From Centruroides sculpturatus (lineage: Eukaryota): DNA of 10,758 nt. Shown here piece after piece: positions 1 to 9,832 of the stretch (within the stretch, counting starts at the first letter, position 1; every line of letters begins with the position of its first letter). The notes under the pieces were generated by a model, which saw only the letters and a list, made by a program, of their open reading frames with translations, did no database searches and had not been told where the DNA came from. The position numbers and the translations under genes are program-made. The DNA lies in NCBI RefSeq assembly GCF_000671375.1, contig NW_019385413.1, positions 133,135 through 143,892 of the forward strand, given 5' to 3'.

Positions 1-61
1 TAATATGCACTTAAACTTAAAAGAATTTTAAAGAAAAATTGAATATTTAATAACTTCTAAC

Positions 62-257
62 CTGAAACAAAACTTCTCCAGGATATAAAGGAAAAGGATC
101 TTGCTGTAATCTTATTTCTAAGTCAGCATGTCGCAGTTTACTTTGACCATATAGATCATATTGAATAATTCCATCATTGTCTCTTATCACAGGATTTTGT
201 ATCACACAATAATGACCTGGAGGAACAATGATCATTTTTTCAGGTCCCAAAATAACT
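62..257 (-). CDS. MVP: Major vault protein (MVP), second coding exon. Its acceptor TTTTCAG sits at the high-coordinate end and its donor CAG|GTTAGA at the low-coordinate end. Phase 2 on entry.
   Basis: The minus-strand translation is (R)[65 protein letters not shown]. It aligns with the human MVP N-terminal MVP repeat (…[65 protein letters not shown]…). The six-frame ORF at 47..250 (-) carries this exon. Homology breaks exactly at a good 5' splice site (…TTTCAG|gttagaagt). A polypyrimidine tract plus AG lies just upstream of position 257. The split codon AG|A encodes the conserved Arg of 'NER'. Confidence 0.85.
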
Positions 258-2289
258 CTGAAAATATTTAATTATAAAATTTTATTTAAAAATTATAGTA
301 TTTATTTCTATTATACATAAAACAAATTGGTATTATGATGGCCTCTACTGTAAGTTTTTACAAAGTGAATTGATTTTTATGTTAGAAAAATCTAGACCAC
401 TAGGAAGTCACTGCAGAATATCTCAAAATGGTTTATTGTTGCTGAAAATGTATAAAAATCCAAATTTTATTGAACAAAAGTAACTCAAAGGTATCAAAAT
501 ATAATGTACAAAAAAAAAAAGGAGGAGGAAATTGTCCAAAAGTTAAGGATTAAAAGTTAAGTTTAGTTTTAATGTTACAGAAACTCCTGTTCCTGTAACA
601 TCAAAACTAAACTTTAGAATAAAAAAAGTTCATAAAATGATCAAATTTTTTCATAGAGACTGGATTACACTCATCCCTCATTTTGTCACCCTCATAAATA
701 TCACTCCCTCAGTTCTGTCACTGTTTGGTTAAGACCGTGCAACTTGATTTTGTCACTTTCCTAAATTGTGTTACCTAAAATTATCAAAAAATAACTAAGA
801 TAATAAAATCATGTTTTATTTATACCAGGCATGGACAAATGCGGCTCTTTTTGAGTTACATGCGCTCTTGCTGAAAGTGTTAATTTCTGCTTTTTATTAT
901 TATTATTCTTACAATTTTATTTCCACAATTTTGTGAAAATATGTTTATTAAAAAATTCAATATTTGTTTTATATTATTATATTATATAATAAAATCATGG
1001 TACAGAACTGCGATACAGAATAAAAAAGTACAGAACTGCGGCTCCCATGCATTTTGCAAAACCTACATTTCAGCTCCCACTGAACTCTTGCTTGCCCACC
1101 CCTGATTTATACTCTTATATTATATAAGTAATATTCTATTATAAGGTACTTTAATTAGTAGGTTCAATGCTTGTTAATTAATTTAACAGAATTGATTGCT
1201 TAGAATCCATTTTAACTCCAGTTCTGTCTTCTACTCATAAGATGAAAATATACAGGAATTAGAAGAGAGAAGAACATTTTTAGATGGCACCACAATTATG
1301 GGAAGAAAATAAAACGAAAACCTGCATTTGCAACTTTGTGAAAGTTGGTTTAGGTTGTTGTTATTGCAGTAAATGTGCACTCCTACAATTGTATTCTTTT
1401 CAGAAGTAAGTCTTTTTATATTTCTATATTTTTATATCTTTTATATTCTACAGTCACATTTACATGTGTTCTATTGTAACTTTTTTAGAAACTTGTGAAA
1501 TATTTGGTTCCGTTTAGATTTATATTTGACTTGATCCCGATTTGAATTTTACTATTTATTCTGTCTGAAGTGTTCCTAATTGTCCATTTCCATGAAATTT
1601 TCAGACATTTAGTTGTATATATTGTCCAACATCCATTTGCAGAAAACATTCCAGCCCAAAGTGAGAGGACCTGTTGTTTTGTCTCAATGTACTGTACCTG
1701 CAAAACTGATTCCATTAGTTACATTGAACATTTTGATAAAAAAGGCATTAAATGGCTGTTTAAAACAAAAGCTATCAAAGATTCTTTATATAAAATACAA
1801 AAGATCTAATCTAATCTACTCAAAATTGGCATTTTTCAGTATTGTTCTCTAATCTGAATTATCCAACTTGAAGCTTGAAGTTTTTTTTCCTGCACCTTTC
1901 AAATTACAGAAGTTTTATTGTATTTCATTATTTACATGATTTATTTATTTTTAAAAGTAAATAAAAAACATTAATAAAAATAAATAATAATAATTTTAAT
2001 GTATTAAAAATAAACAGTTTTTGATTTATAATTGTATATTGGAATAAATATACATTGAATAGTAGAGAAGAAAAAGAATATACATTGGCAAAAGAAAATT
2101 TCAAATCATCAGTAAAAAAAATATTTTATAAAGCTCAAAATTCTAAGAATAAACTGTTTGACAAATCAATTAATTACAGCTTAAAATTAATATGGTGTAG
2201 AGAGTAATAATACAATTTAATTTTATATATAACTTGTATTATGAGATAAGTTTAAACAAACCTGAACAAAGCTGTAATAATTTTCTTAC
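258..2289 (-). other. Intron between the two MVP coding exons, GT…AG, phase 2. It contains AT-rich low-complexity sequence and repeat-like segments.
   Basis: Bounded by the GTAAGA donor (2289-2284, minus strand) and the TTTTCAG acceptor (ending at 258). The two flanking exons give a continuous MVP alignment only when this interval is spliced out. Confidence 0.75.
559..614. repeat. Hairpin / inverted repeat inside the MVP intron, with 22-bp arms (1 mismatch) and a 12-nt loop.
   Basis: AAGTTTAGTTTTAATGTTACAG (559-580) pairs with CTGTAACATCAAAACTAAACTT (593-614). Confidence 0.6.
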
Positions 2290-2432
2290 CTTTCATTTTC
2301 CTTGCGAATATATGTCTGTGGACCGACTTCCACTCTTGTGACATTTGATGTCTGGTCCAAAACATGTAAATAATAATACGGTGGGATCCGATAGATACTC
2401 TCCTCATTGCGATTATGCTTTTGAGAGGTCAT
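2290..2432 (-). CDS. MVP: Major vault protein (MVP), first coding exon with the initiator ATG (revcomp of 2430-2432) and donor AAAG|GTAAGA at 2289.
   Basis: The minus-strand translation from the ATG is [47 protein letters not shown] + 'AG'. It aligns with the human MVP N-terminus ([42 protein letters not shown]…). The exon ends in a consensus GTAAGA donor. The trailing AG joins the leading A of exon 62-257 to give Arg, so frame and phase are consistent across the ~2.03-kb intron. The exon is too short (47 codons) to appear in the ≥60-aa ORF track. Confidence 0.8.
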
Positions 2433-2794
2433 TTTGCCAACTAAACAATATAGAAAACATTAGAAAATAATTCAAATTTCATATAAATTTTGTATGATTT
2501 AAATTTAAAAATTCTTTATTATTTGGATTATACAGAATTTTAATTTAATATGCTGGTCAACACAGAAAATATTTAAAAACTTCTATAGCTTTAACACAGT
2601 AACTTCCATAATCAACTAAGTTTATAATCATAGAAATAATTAAATTTATAAGTAAAGATACTAAACAATGTACCCAAATATATTTGTTATATAATTATAT
2701 AGTTCTAATTAATTTTGAGATAAAATGAAAGACAGAAAGCAATTTTAACTTTTTAAACATTAATAATTCAAATCACTTCAAGGTCTTTTAATTA

Positions 2795-2808
2795 ATATAT
2801 ATATATAT
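2795..2808. repeat. (AT)7 dinucleotide microsatellite.
   Basis: TTAATATATATATATATG read directly. Confidence 0.7.
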
Positions 2809-4982
2809 GTACAATTTGTCTTAAAAGTTTATAGAATTCAATTTCTTATAGAAATTCCTTTAATTTCTCTTCAATGTGTTGCTAAATTTTGTGTACTTTT
2901 AAAAATTAACCTCTTTCAAACTTTTAATTGTCTAGGATGGAACTTCTTCAGGACAAGAAAACACTAGGAGGCTGGCACTTTTCATACCTTTCTAGCACAA
3001 AAATTTGTTAAATAATTGCTTCAGTAAAGTATGTTTTTTCATAATTTTAAAATCCAAAATCACTCTAGTCTTATATCAAATAAAACTGTTAAGATTAAAT
3101 GTAATCAGAAGGAAATCTTTTTTTTAAAAAAAAAAAAATTAATGTTTGCTTGAAAACATTTAAAAAATTAGAATAAAATTAGTAATTATTCTAAAAATTT
3201 GTTTATCTAATTCAAAAGAAACCTGAGAAACACCACATTAAATAGTAAAAATTCATGATGATTAACAACATTAAAAAGGTAATATAAAAACAAGCATTAC
3301 AAAAATATATTTTTTCTGACTAAAAATATACATTTGATTTCGTGTGTAAAAGTAAACAGCATAAATCATACTTAACAAAATTTTTTTTTACTTAAACATT
3401 AAACTTATCATTGAAATATATTAAAAAATTATTTAAAATACTTGTTCAGATGAGCAATTAAAACAGATTATTATTTATATAAAATCTCAGTCAACGATCT
3501 TTAAAATATTACTGAAATTTATATATTAATGCTGAAAATGTCAAAATGACATCCTTGTCAGTGGATATATATTATTCATTGTTTACTGGCAATGATCCAA
3601 TATCTAAGGAAGTAGATCAATGTGGCAGCATTCAAGAAAAACAAAAATCAATGATTTCCTTACAATTTTTTCCAAAATTAAGTACCGTACATTGTAAACT
3701 TGACGCAAAAATAATCGGAATTTTTTTAAAAATTATTCTAATTAAAAAATAATTTCAGAATCAAACTTTAAAATCTTATTGTAATTTTTCATTCTAATCA
3801 TATTGAATGACTGATCTAAATTATACAATGAAAAATTAAATTTAAAAATTTTATAGATAAGACTGCACATTAAAAAATTAAATAATTTTTTAATCATTTA
3901 AACTTTTTTTGTTTGCATTTTTTAAAATTTAAATTACAATTGTGTCCATAATTATAAATTTTAAAATTAATTTTTATGCAGAACTTCTACACTTTCATAT
4001 ATTTCAACTTTGATTTTAAAAACTTAATTCTTATCAGCTTACAAGTATCTATCTAAAGCTATTATAACACTATTAAGGTGATTACTGAACAGATGCCAAA
4101 TTTTTGACATATTTAAAATCCATATTTGATTTAAGAAGAGATGGTTAAATATTTATACAAATTAAAAATTGAAGAAAAATGTTTTAAATAGCCATTAACT
4201 TCATTATAAATAATAAATTTTGAGAATTTTTCCTATAATTATCATAATAATATCCTTTTATCATAGAAAATTTTCAATTTAGAAAGCTCAATAATTAATT
4301 ATTTTTCTTTTATTTAAAATCAAAATGTTTTGAATGAAATTTAACAAATATACATTTAAATTATATCATAAATTTGAATTAAAAAAAATCTATTGAGTTA
4401 CTAATCAATAATTTATATAAGATTTATATTCCAAATTATTCTGAGGTTTATAAAAATTTTTTTGGATTTAAAAATAATAATTAATAGGTTTTAGGTAAAT
4501 GTATTGTTTGTTTGTTTATTTAACCTAATGATAATAAATAAAAATAATATATAAAATTCTTTTTATCTCCAAATGTTCAGAATTAAAAATCAGTATATTA
4601 TACATAATTACAATAATAAATAATTTACAGTAATTTGAAATTTTAGTATTATTAAAATCTAAAATGAAATTGGAAGTACCACAATATACAATTTTAAAGA
4701 AAAAAAAAATATTACAGTAAAACCTTGATTTAAAAATGGACAAAATTTCCGGTCCATCTGTCATGTGTAAATGAACAACCTGCTAATTACATATAAAATT
4801 CATTTGAAAATTAACAAGTTTTTTCCAAATCCAAGAGTGTTAAATATTTTTAATATATTGGTAAAACTTAATTTAAGTAAAAGATGAACATGTTACTACT
4901 AAAAGTTTTATCAGAAATAAAAATGTAAAACAAAATTCTGTATCTCTACTATAGACAAATATAGTTATGTATATAGATAGAT

Positions 4983-5050
4983 CAAACTGCCAGTGTTCAG
5001 GGTACAAAGACTGACCAAGCAGTCTTTGTAATCTGAACACTGGCAGTTTG
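4983..5050. other. Near-perfect 68-nt hairpin: two 31-nt arms (2 mismatches) around the loop ACCAAG (5014-5019). It could be a pre-miRNA-like or foldback structure.
   Basis: CAAACTGCCAGTGTTCAGGGTACAAAGACTG (4983-5013) pairs with CAGTCTTTGTAATCTGAACACTGGCAGTTTG (5020-5050). It lies directly upstream of the GC-richer repeat copy at 5050-5200. Confidence 0.6.
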
Positions 5051-5200
5051 GTCATGGGTTAACCACCTCGCTTGGACAGGCTAGCCACGTGGAGTTTTCC
5101 AGGTTTTCTCAAAGTCTGTTAGCACCTAAATAGGGGCCAGTTTCCCTTAAAAAGATCTTCCGGAAGGCATCCCCTAGGCAGATCACCCAAGTGTTGCATT
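5050..5200 (+). repeat. Interspersed repeat copy A. It is GC-richer than its surroundings and homologous to 10225-10362.
   Basis: Shared collinear blocks with copy B. Examples are GCTTGG…GTGGAGTTTTCCAGGTTTTCTC vs GCTTGG…GTGGATTTTCCGGGTTATCTTCTC, then AGTTTCCC, then CCCCTAGGCAGATCACCCAAGTG vs CCCCTAGACAGATCGCCACGTG. My estimate by eye is ~65-70% identity, same orientation. Confidence 0.55.
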
Positions 5201-6515
5201 GCCATAACTTAAACATAAAACATCAACCACTGCAGGGAGAGAGAAGATATCTTTCCTATTTTCTTCAGACTGTTTGTTCAATACATTAAAAGAAACTGCT
5301 CTTTTGAATTATTGAAAATATTTAAAAAGTACAGTATTTACTTTGATTATTATTATATTTTATATACTGATGTTTACTACTACTTAACATTCTTTCAATA
5401 TAACTAAAAATTAAATGTATACTGGAAGAATTGTCAAGTATTTCACAACTGATCTCATTTATTTAAGAGAGTGAAGCTTAGGATTCTTCAATAATGTTGG
5501 CAAAAAACATTTTTGCCAATGTTAAGTGTCACTCTTAAACAAAGAATGAGTTAAATAGTTTATTGAAAAATATTTAATTCATCTTCCATATACTTGACAC
5601 AGTAACCAGATTTAAGCTAATTAATTTTCATTGTGAGAGTTTTGTATAGATCACATATATACAACTTTAAAGCCAGAACAGATATTTGCCTTAATTTTTA
5701 TAATGTTAATGAAGTATAACAAAATATGACTTATAAAAATTTGAGTCTTAAATTTGTTAAACTTAAAACACAAAAATATAATAATAATATAAAAATTACA
5801 AATAATATTTTTTATCTTATAAAATTTTATTTTTAATTTAAGGTTAGAATTTTTCTTGAAAAATGTATTTATTATTTAACTTTGACCTTAACATTTCTGT
5901 TTGCCAGAGATTATATATTAAATGCATGACAATATCATGTTGACTCAATGATATTTGATATCAGCAGAAATAGTTAAAGATTAACGAATATAGATTTCAT
6001 TTCTTACTTAATTAAATTTATGTTGATAACTTTTTATTGAAACAAGTCTATCTTTAATTGGAATAAATCTAAAAATGATGAAATAAAGAATATTAATATA
6101 CAAATTTTCAAAGCTTTATAATAGTATCAGTTTTTACAACATGTATATTATGTTTATTGTTAATGTGTTATAAATAGATCATGTATAATTTTCAATATAT
6201 TTAATTGAGAAGTGATGAAAACTTTATGGTTAATAACAATTCCATTCACTTATGTTTTCTTCTTTATTACTTTATGATGATAATACCTTATGTAGTTTTC
6301 AAAAATTTTTAAATATACACTTAAAACTGTTTTATTTCTGAATGTAAAATGTAATTGTTTTATCTATCCATTTTCCAAAATGATATCAAAACTAGTTTCT
6401 TCAATTGTACTTGATTGCCTTTTGTTCTCATTGTAATCATTATGAGTAAGCATAAAATTGCTTGAGAGAAGAATCATACAGGAATACAATTAAGATAAAT
6501 ATCCATCTTAATTGA

Positions 6516-6559
6516 TTTTATTGGTTTCTAAGGATATATATCCTTAGAAACCAATAAAA
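6516..6559. repeat. Perfect 44-bp palindrome (TTTTATTGGTTTCTAAGGATAT|ATATCCTTAGAAACCAATAAAA).
   Basis: Positions 6516-6537 are the exact reverse complement of 6538-6559. Complementarity stops immediately outside (a/g). Confidence 0.8.
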
Positions 6560-6940
6560 GCCTGTATATTAATTGTATTTCAGTTCTCTCAATTTTATGA
6601 TTAATCATAGTTTCATTAATTTATTAGTTAAGGAACTATAACTTGAGGACTGACATTCCACGAAAATACTATTATATTACATTTAGTTTATTTTAAAGCC
6701 ATTTTTTAATAGTTTACAGGATCTAGTGTAAAGGGAGGTGCAAGTTAAAATTTAATATGAATGAATTACTACACATTCTAATTCTGGTTGCTTTTAATAC
6801 TTATATAGATTACTATTATCAGGCACTCTGAGCCTCTCCCTTCATAATGGAAGATGTAAAAGTTAATAGAAATGCTAAATATGGAAAAGTCCACAATTAA
6901 GTTATTCAACTAATAAACTTAGATTGTGGTATTATCAGGG

Positions 6941-6978
6941 AGGGGCCCAGACAGACCCCTTAAACCCCTCCCTGATTA
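6941..6978. repeat. GC-rich short hairpin: ATCAGGGAGGGG … CCCCTCCCTGAT arms around GGGGCCCAGACAGACCCC.
   Basis: 12-bp perfect inverted arms (6942-6953 and 6967-6978). It is a conspicuous G/C-rich island in AT-rich DNA. Confidence 0.5.
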
Positions 6979-7180
6979 TGTTAGTAATCTTTTTGGGTAT
7001 CATTAAAAATATACAAAAAGATATTTAATTATTTAATATTAAATAAAAACTATACTCATTTCCAGAAAAGAACTTTTGTTGTTCAATTATATTTGTTCTT
7101 TTAAATTAAATAAATTGTATAATCATACATAAAAATAAACAAAAATACATAAATTATTCAAATATGTTCGTAATAAGCTA

Positions 7181-7335
7181 TCACTACTAGGTGCTTATAC
7201 AGACACTTGGCAATTCTGCCATCAACTTTTATTCGGGAATTTTCTTATTTAGAAAACGTGTCTCAGCAAATAAGAAAATTCACAAATAAAAGTTGATGAC
7301 AGAATTGCCAAGTCTGTATAAGAACCTAGTAGTGA
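7181..7335. mobile_element. Stowaway-like (Tc1/mariner-type) MITE. It has ~52-bp terminal inverted repeats, an internal sub-palindrome, and TA target-site duplications at 7179-7180 and 7336-7337.
   Basis: Left end TCACTACTAGGTGCTTATACAGACACTTGGCAATTCTGCCATCAACTTTTATT. Right end is its near-perfect reverse complement (AATAAAAGTTGATGACAGAATTGCCAAGTCTGTATAAGAACCTAGTAGTGA). Both ends are flanked by TA. The internal spacer is also palindromic (GAATTTTCTTATTT…AAATAAGAAAATTC). The element is 155 bp with no coding capacity, which fits a non-autonomous element. Confidence 0.65.
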
Positions 7336-8619
7336 TAAATTATTCAAACAAAGGAAGACAGTTTCAGAATATATTACAAGTACTCATGTTATTATTATAT
7401 TTTATTTGTACAGATTATTACGTTTATTTTCTTAAAATAAAGAAAGACATTTTGTTTTATAATCTATACTTTTTGTTGTGCAAAATGAAAGTTTCCCTCT
7501 TAATCAATAACTGACTGATATAAAAAAATACATTTCCTTCATTGCTTAATTTAAGTTATAAGTTAGGAAATATGTAAAATGGACTGTCTAGAAATAAAAT
7601 AAATATTTTTAATAAAAGCATATAAATTATTTTCAAATTTATATTCAATATAATAAATATGAGCTTCTAGTTTATATGTGAATAGGTTATTCTCTTCCAA
7701 GATCAAAATATATATTAAATTTATTATGAATTTATGAAATTGCTTGTTGAATTGCATCATCTTAAGTATTACTCATGAAGCTTTGATAACCAGAGTTAGA
7801 AACTAGTTAAAAAAAAAAAAACAAAAAACAAAAGCTTTATCAAACCTATTGCTTACTAGTTTCATCACTCAGTTTAGACAATCTTTCAGATGATCAGGAA
7901 CATACATAAATAAGCTAAGCTTGATTTTTCTATATTGCAAACGAATACTTTATATTCATAGTATGAAATACATGCCAACCTTATTAATATTTTTAGTCAG
8001 AAAAGTTCATTTAAATATATATTTTTTCATAAAACATATCACAACAGGTATCAGATTCATTATGCATCAATTTAATCAGAGCCTATCAAATACAAATTCT
8101 TTTTGATCTAATTGGTTTCAAATAAAGCATTTGCATTTTTTGTAAATAACATATTTTAAAATGTAAATCCTATACAATATGTGAAGTTAATTTTGATCAA
8201 ATGTAGAATTGTTTAATAATTCATTCAACAACATAGTTTCTAGATTGAAATTTTTATGTTGAGAACAATGTTTTGTATTTGTAAATCTTATTAAAAATTT
8301 ATAAAGGATTTCTTAAAACTTAATTTACAGGATTCTTTCGAGCAGTTATATTTTTAATATGAAAAGATACTATAAAGGAAAAAAAAAGGAATTTTATTCA
8401 TTCATTCTTTATAATAAACTACAAAAACTAACAAAGAACAGAAAACTTCAATTATGCCATAAAAAATATTAAAGCTATTGAATTCTGCTTTTAGAAATAA
8501 ATATTTACTTTATCGTTATTATAATGTTATTTTTGCTAACAGAAAATAAAACTCTTTAAGTCTGCTTTTATATTAATAAAGAAACATTTTATGTACTTCA
8601 TTTATTACAGAAAAAAATA

Positions 8620-9260
8620 TGACTAAAAAAGGGACCCAAAGACAAAAGGGGCTCAGGGCTCAGTCTACCACTAGACCCAATACAAGCTCTTGATAGTCCT
8701 GGTTATTTGTTAAATAGCATTAAGTTTAGATAACAGAACAATTGTTTCTGAAGTGTTGCATAATGAACTGTAACGTTTGTCATTGATCTGCCCATTATAT
8801 GTGTGATTAATACTGTATTGTAATGCCAAATACTATACAATTCCTTATTACAATAACAAGGGTTGACCAAGCATACCACATTATGTAATTTTGGGGTACG
8901 TATGATGGCGTTGCTATGCATTACAGAGGGGTGGAATGGTAGTTATAAGTATAAAAACAGCATTATGGGCCATTCAAGTATTACATCAGCAAAAATTTGC
9001 CCTTTTTTTCGATCCCTTCTCCATTATCACCAGTCACCAAAAAACCAAGGTACCCCTTGCTTCTATGTCATAAACCAGAAGTTAAAACTATCCACAAATA
9101 TACAAGAATTATTTTCAGACATTTTTGTGATGAAAAATAAACAACGGGTGGGGATTTTACGTCATCAAAGATTCACACTCCCTCCCCATCCCCCTAAACG
9201 AATCTTCCTTCCCCCATAAACTAGTGACGTCATACTTGGTCCCTTAAGTGATTTATGGAC
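8620..9260. other. Compositional island, GC-richer than its flanks. It contains a perfect CRE palindrome TGACGTCA (9225-9232), a second TTACGTCAT (9158-9166), and a C-rich polypyrimidine run (9180-9218). Possibly a degenerate transposable-element remnant or a distal regulatory block.
   Basis: The composition shift is visible by eye and the motifs are read directly. The 118-aa ORF 8863-9219 (+) is low-complexity and resembles no protein family I recognise. Confidence 0.25.
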
Positions 9261-9303
9261 GATCCTATTGGTTTAAAATATAAATTAAAAAAAAAACAAT
9301 TAT

Positions 9304-9465
9304 CTTAAAGTAATTATTTTAAAGTTTACTCGCTTTTATAAAGTTAAAATCTCTACAATAATTAATTATAGAAAATGTAAAAATCTAAAAGTAATTATTT
9401 TAAAGTTTACTCGCTTTTATAAAGTTAAAATCTCTACAATAATTAATTATAGAAAATGTAACTTC
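9304..9465. repeat. Tandem duplication of two 81-bp AT-rich units.
   Basis: 9307-9380 is identical base-for-base to 9388-9461 (74 bp). There is one mismatch at the unit start (cTTaaag vs cTAaaag), and the copies diverge after …GAAAATGTAA. Confidence 0.85.
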
Positions 9466-9796
9466 GTAAACATTATTGAGGATTAATGTTAAGCTTCGTT
9501 TTGTCAACAGCAGCAAAGATAAAAAGGAAAAACTTAAGTAAAGCTGAATATATCGAAGTATGCTGTCAATTAAACGAGATTTTCTTTCGACGTATTAAAA
9601 GTTTCTATAATATTTTAGAAGGAAAACTTTTATGCAGTACTTTAAATCTATTAAAGACACTACATAAAGATTTTGATTTGTTTTAAAGATTTATTTTTCC
9701 TATCATTTTACAGCATATTACTTAATTAAAACTTGAAAAATGGAGATAGTAATTAAATTAATATTATAAAAATATCAAAGACTTATTGAGAATAAT

Positions 9797-9832
9797 TAAA
9801 TTTATTATGGATTGAAAATCCTATAATCCATA
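9797..9832. repeat. Small palindromic hairpin TTATTATGGATT-(11 nt)-AATCCATAATAA.
   Basis: 12-bp perfect inverted arms visible directly in the sequence. Confidence 0.5.

Noticed and set aside
1485-1852. Three overlapping 76-79-aa ORFs (1485..1715 -, 1570..1809 +, 1613..1852 +) inside the MVP intron
   Set aside because: They overlap each other in different frames and are low-complexity and Ile/Lys/Phe-rich, as expected for random ORFs in AT-rich DNA. I recognise no family and they have no splice or start context. They lie within an intron of a confidently called gene.
4525-5055. ORFs 4525..4764 (-) and 4873..5055 (-)
   Set aside because: The first is AT-rich, low-complexity translation (…IFIYYH). 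The second runs through the 4983-5050 hairpin, so both strands are open by symmetry. Neither resembles any protein family I know.
7293-7760. ORFs 7293..7514 (+) and 7563..7760 (-)
   Set aside because: The first starts inside the right TIR of the MITE. Both are Ile/Leu/Tyr/Asn-rich random translations of AT-rich sequence with no recognisable homology.
7809-7830. A-rich run (A12-CAAAAAACAAAAG) as a possible retroposon poly-A tail
   Set aside because: No convincing target-site duplication or recognisable upstream SINE/LINE 3' end. Homopolymer runs are common in this AT-rich sequence (also 506-516 and 3118-3138).
8863-9219. 118-aa ORF (+), the longest in the track
   Set aside because: The translation (…PPHPPKRIFLPP, …GWNGSYKYKNSIMGHSS…) is low-complexity, with proline runs derived from the C-rich tract. 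It has no recognisable domain. It most likely reflects the locally higher GC content removing stop codons. I keep the interval only as a compositional or regulatory curiosity.
9304-9465. Possibility that the 81-bp direct repeats are a CRISPR-like array
   Set aside because: There are only two units, and they are directly adjacent with no unique spacers. The context is eukaryotic AT-rich DNA with a spliced metazoan gene nearby. This is a simple tandem duplication.
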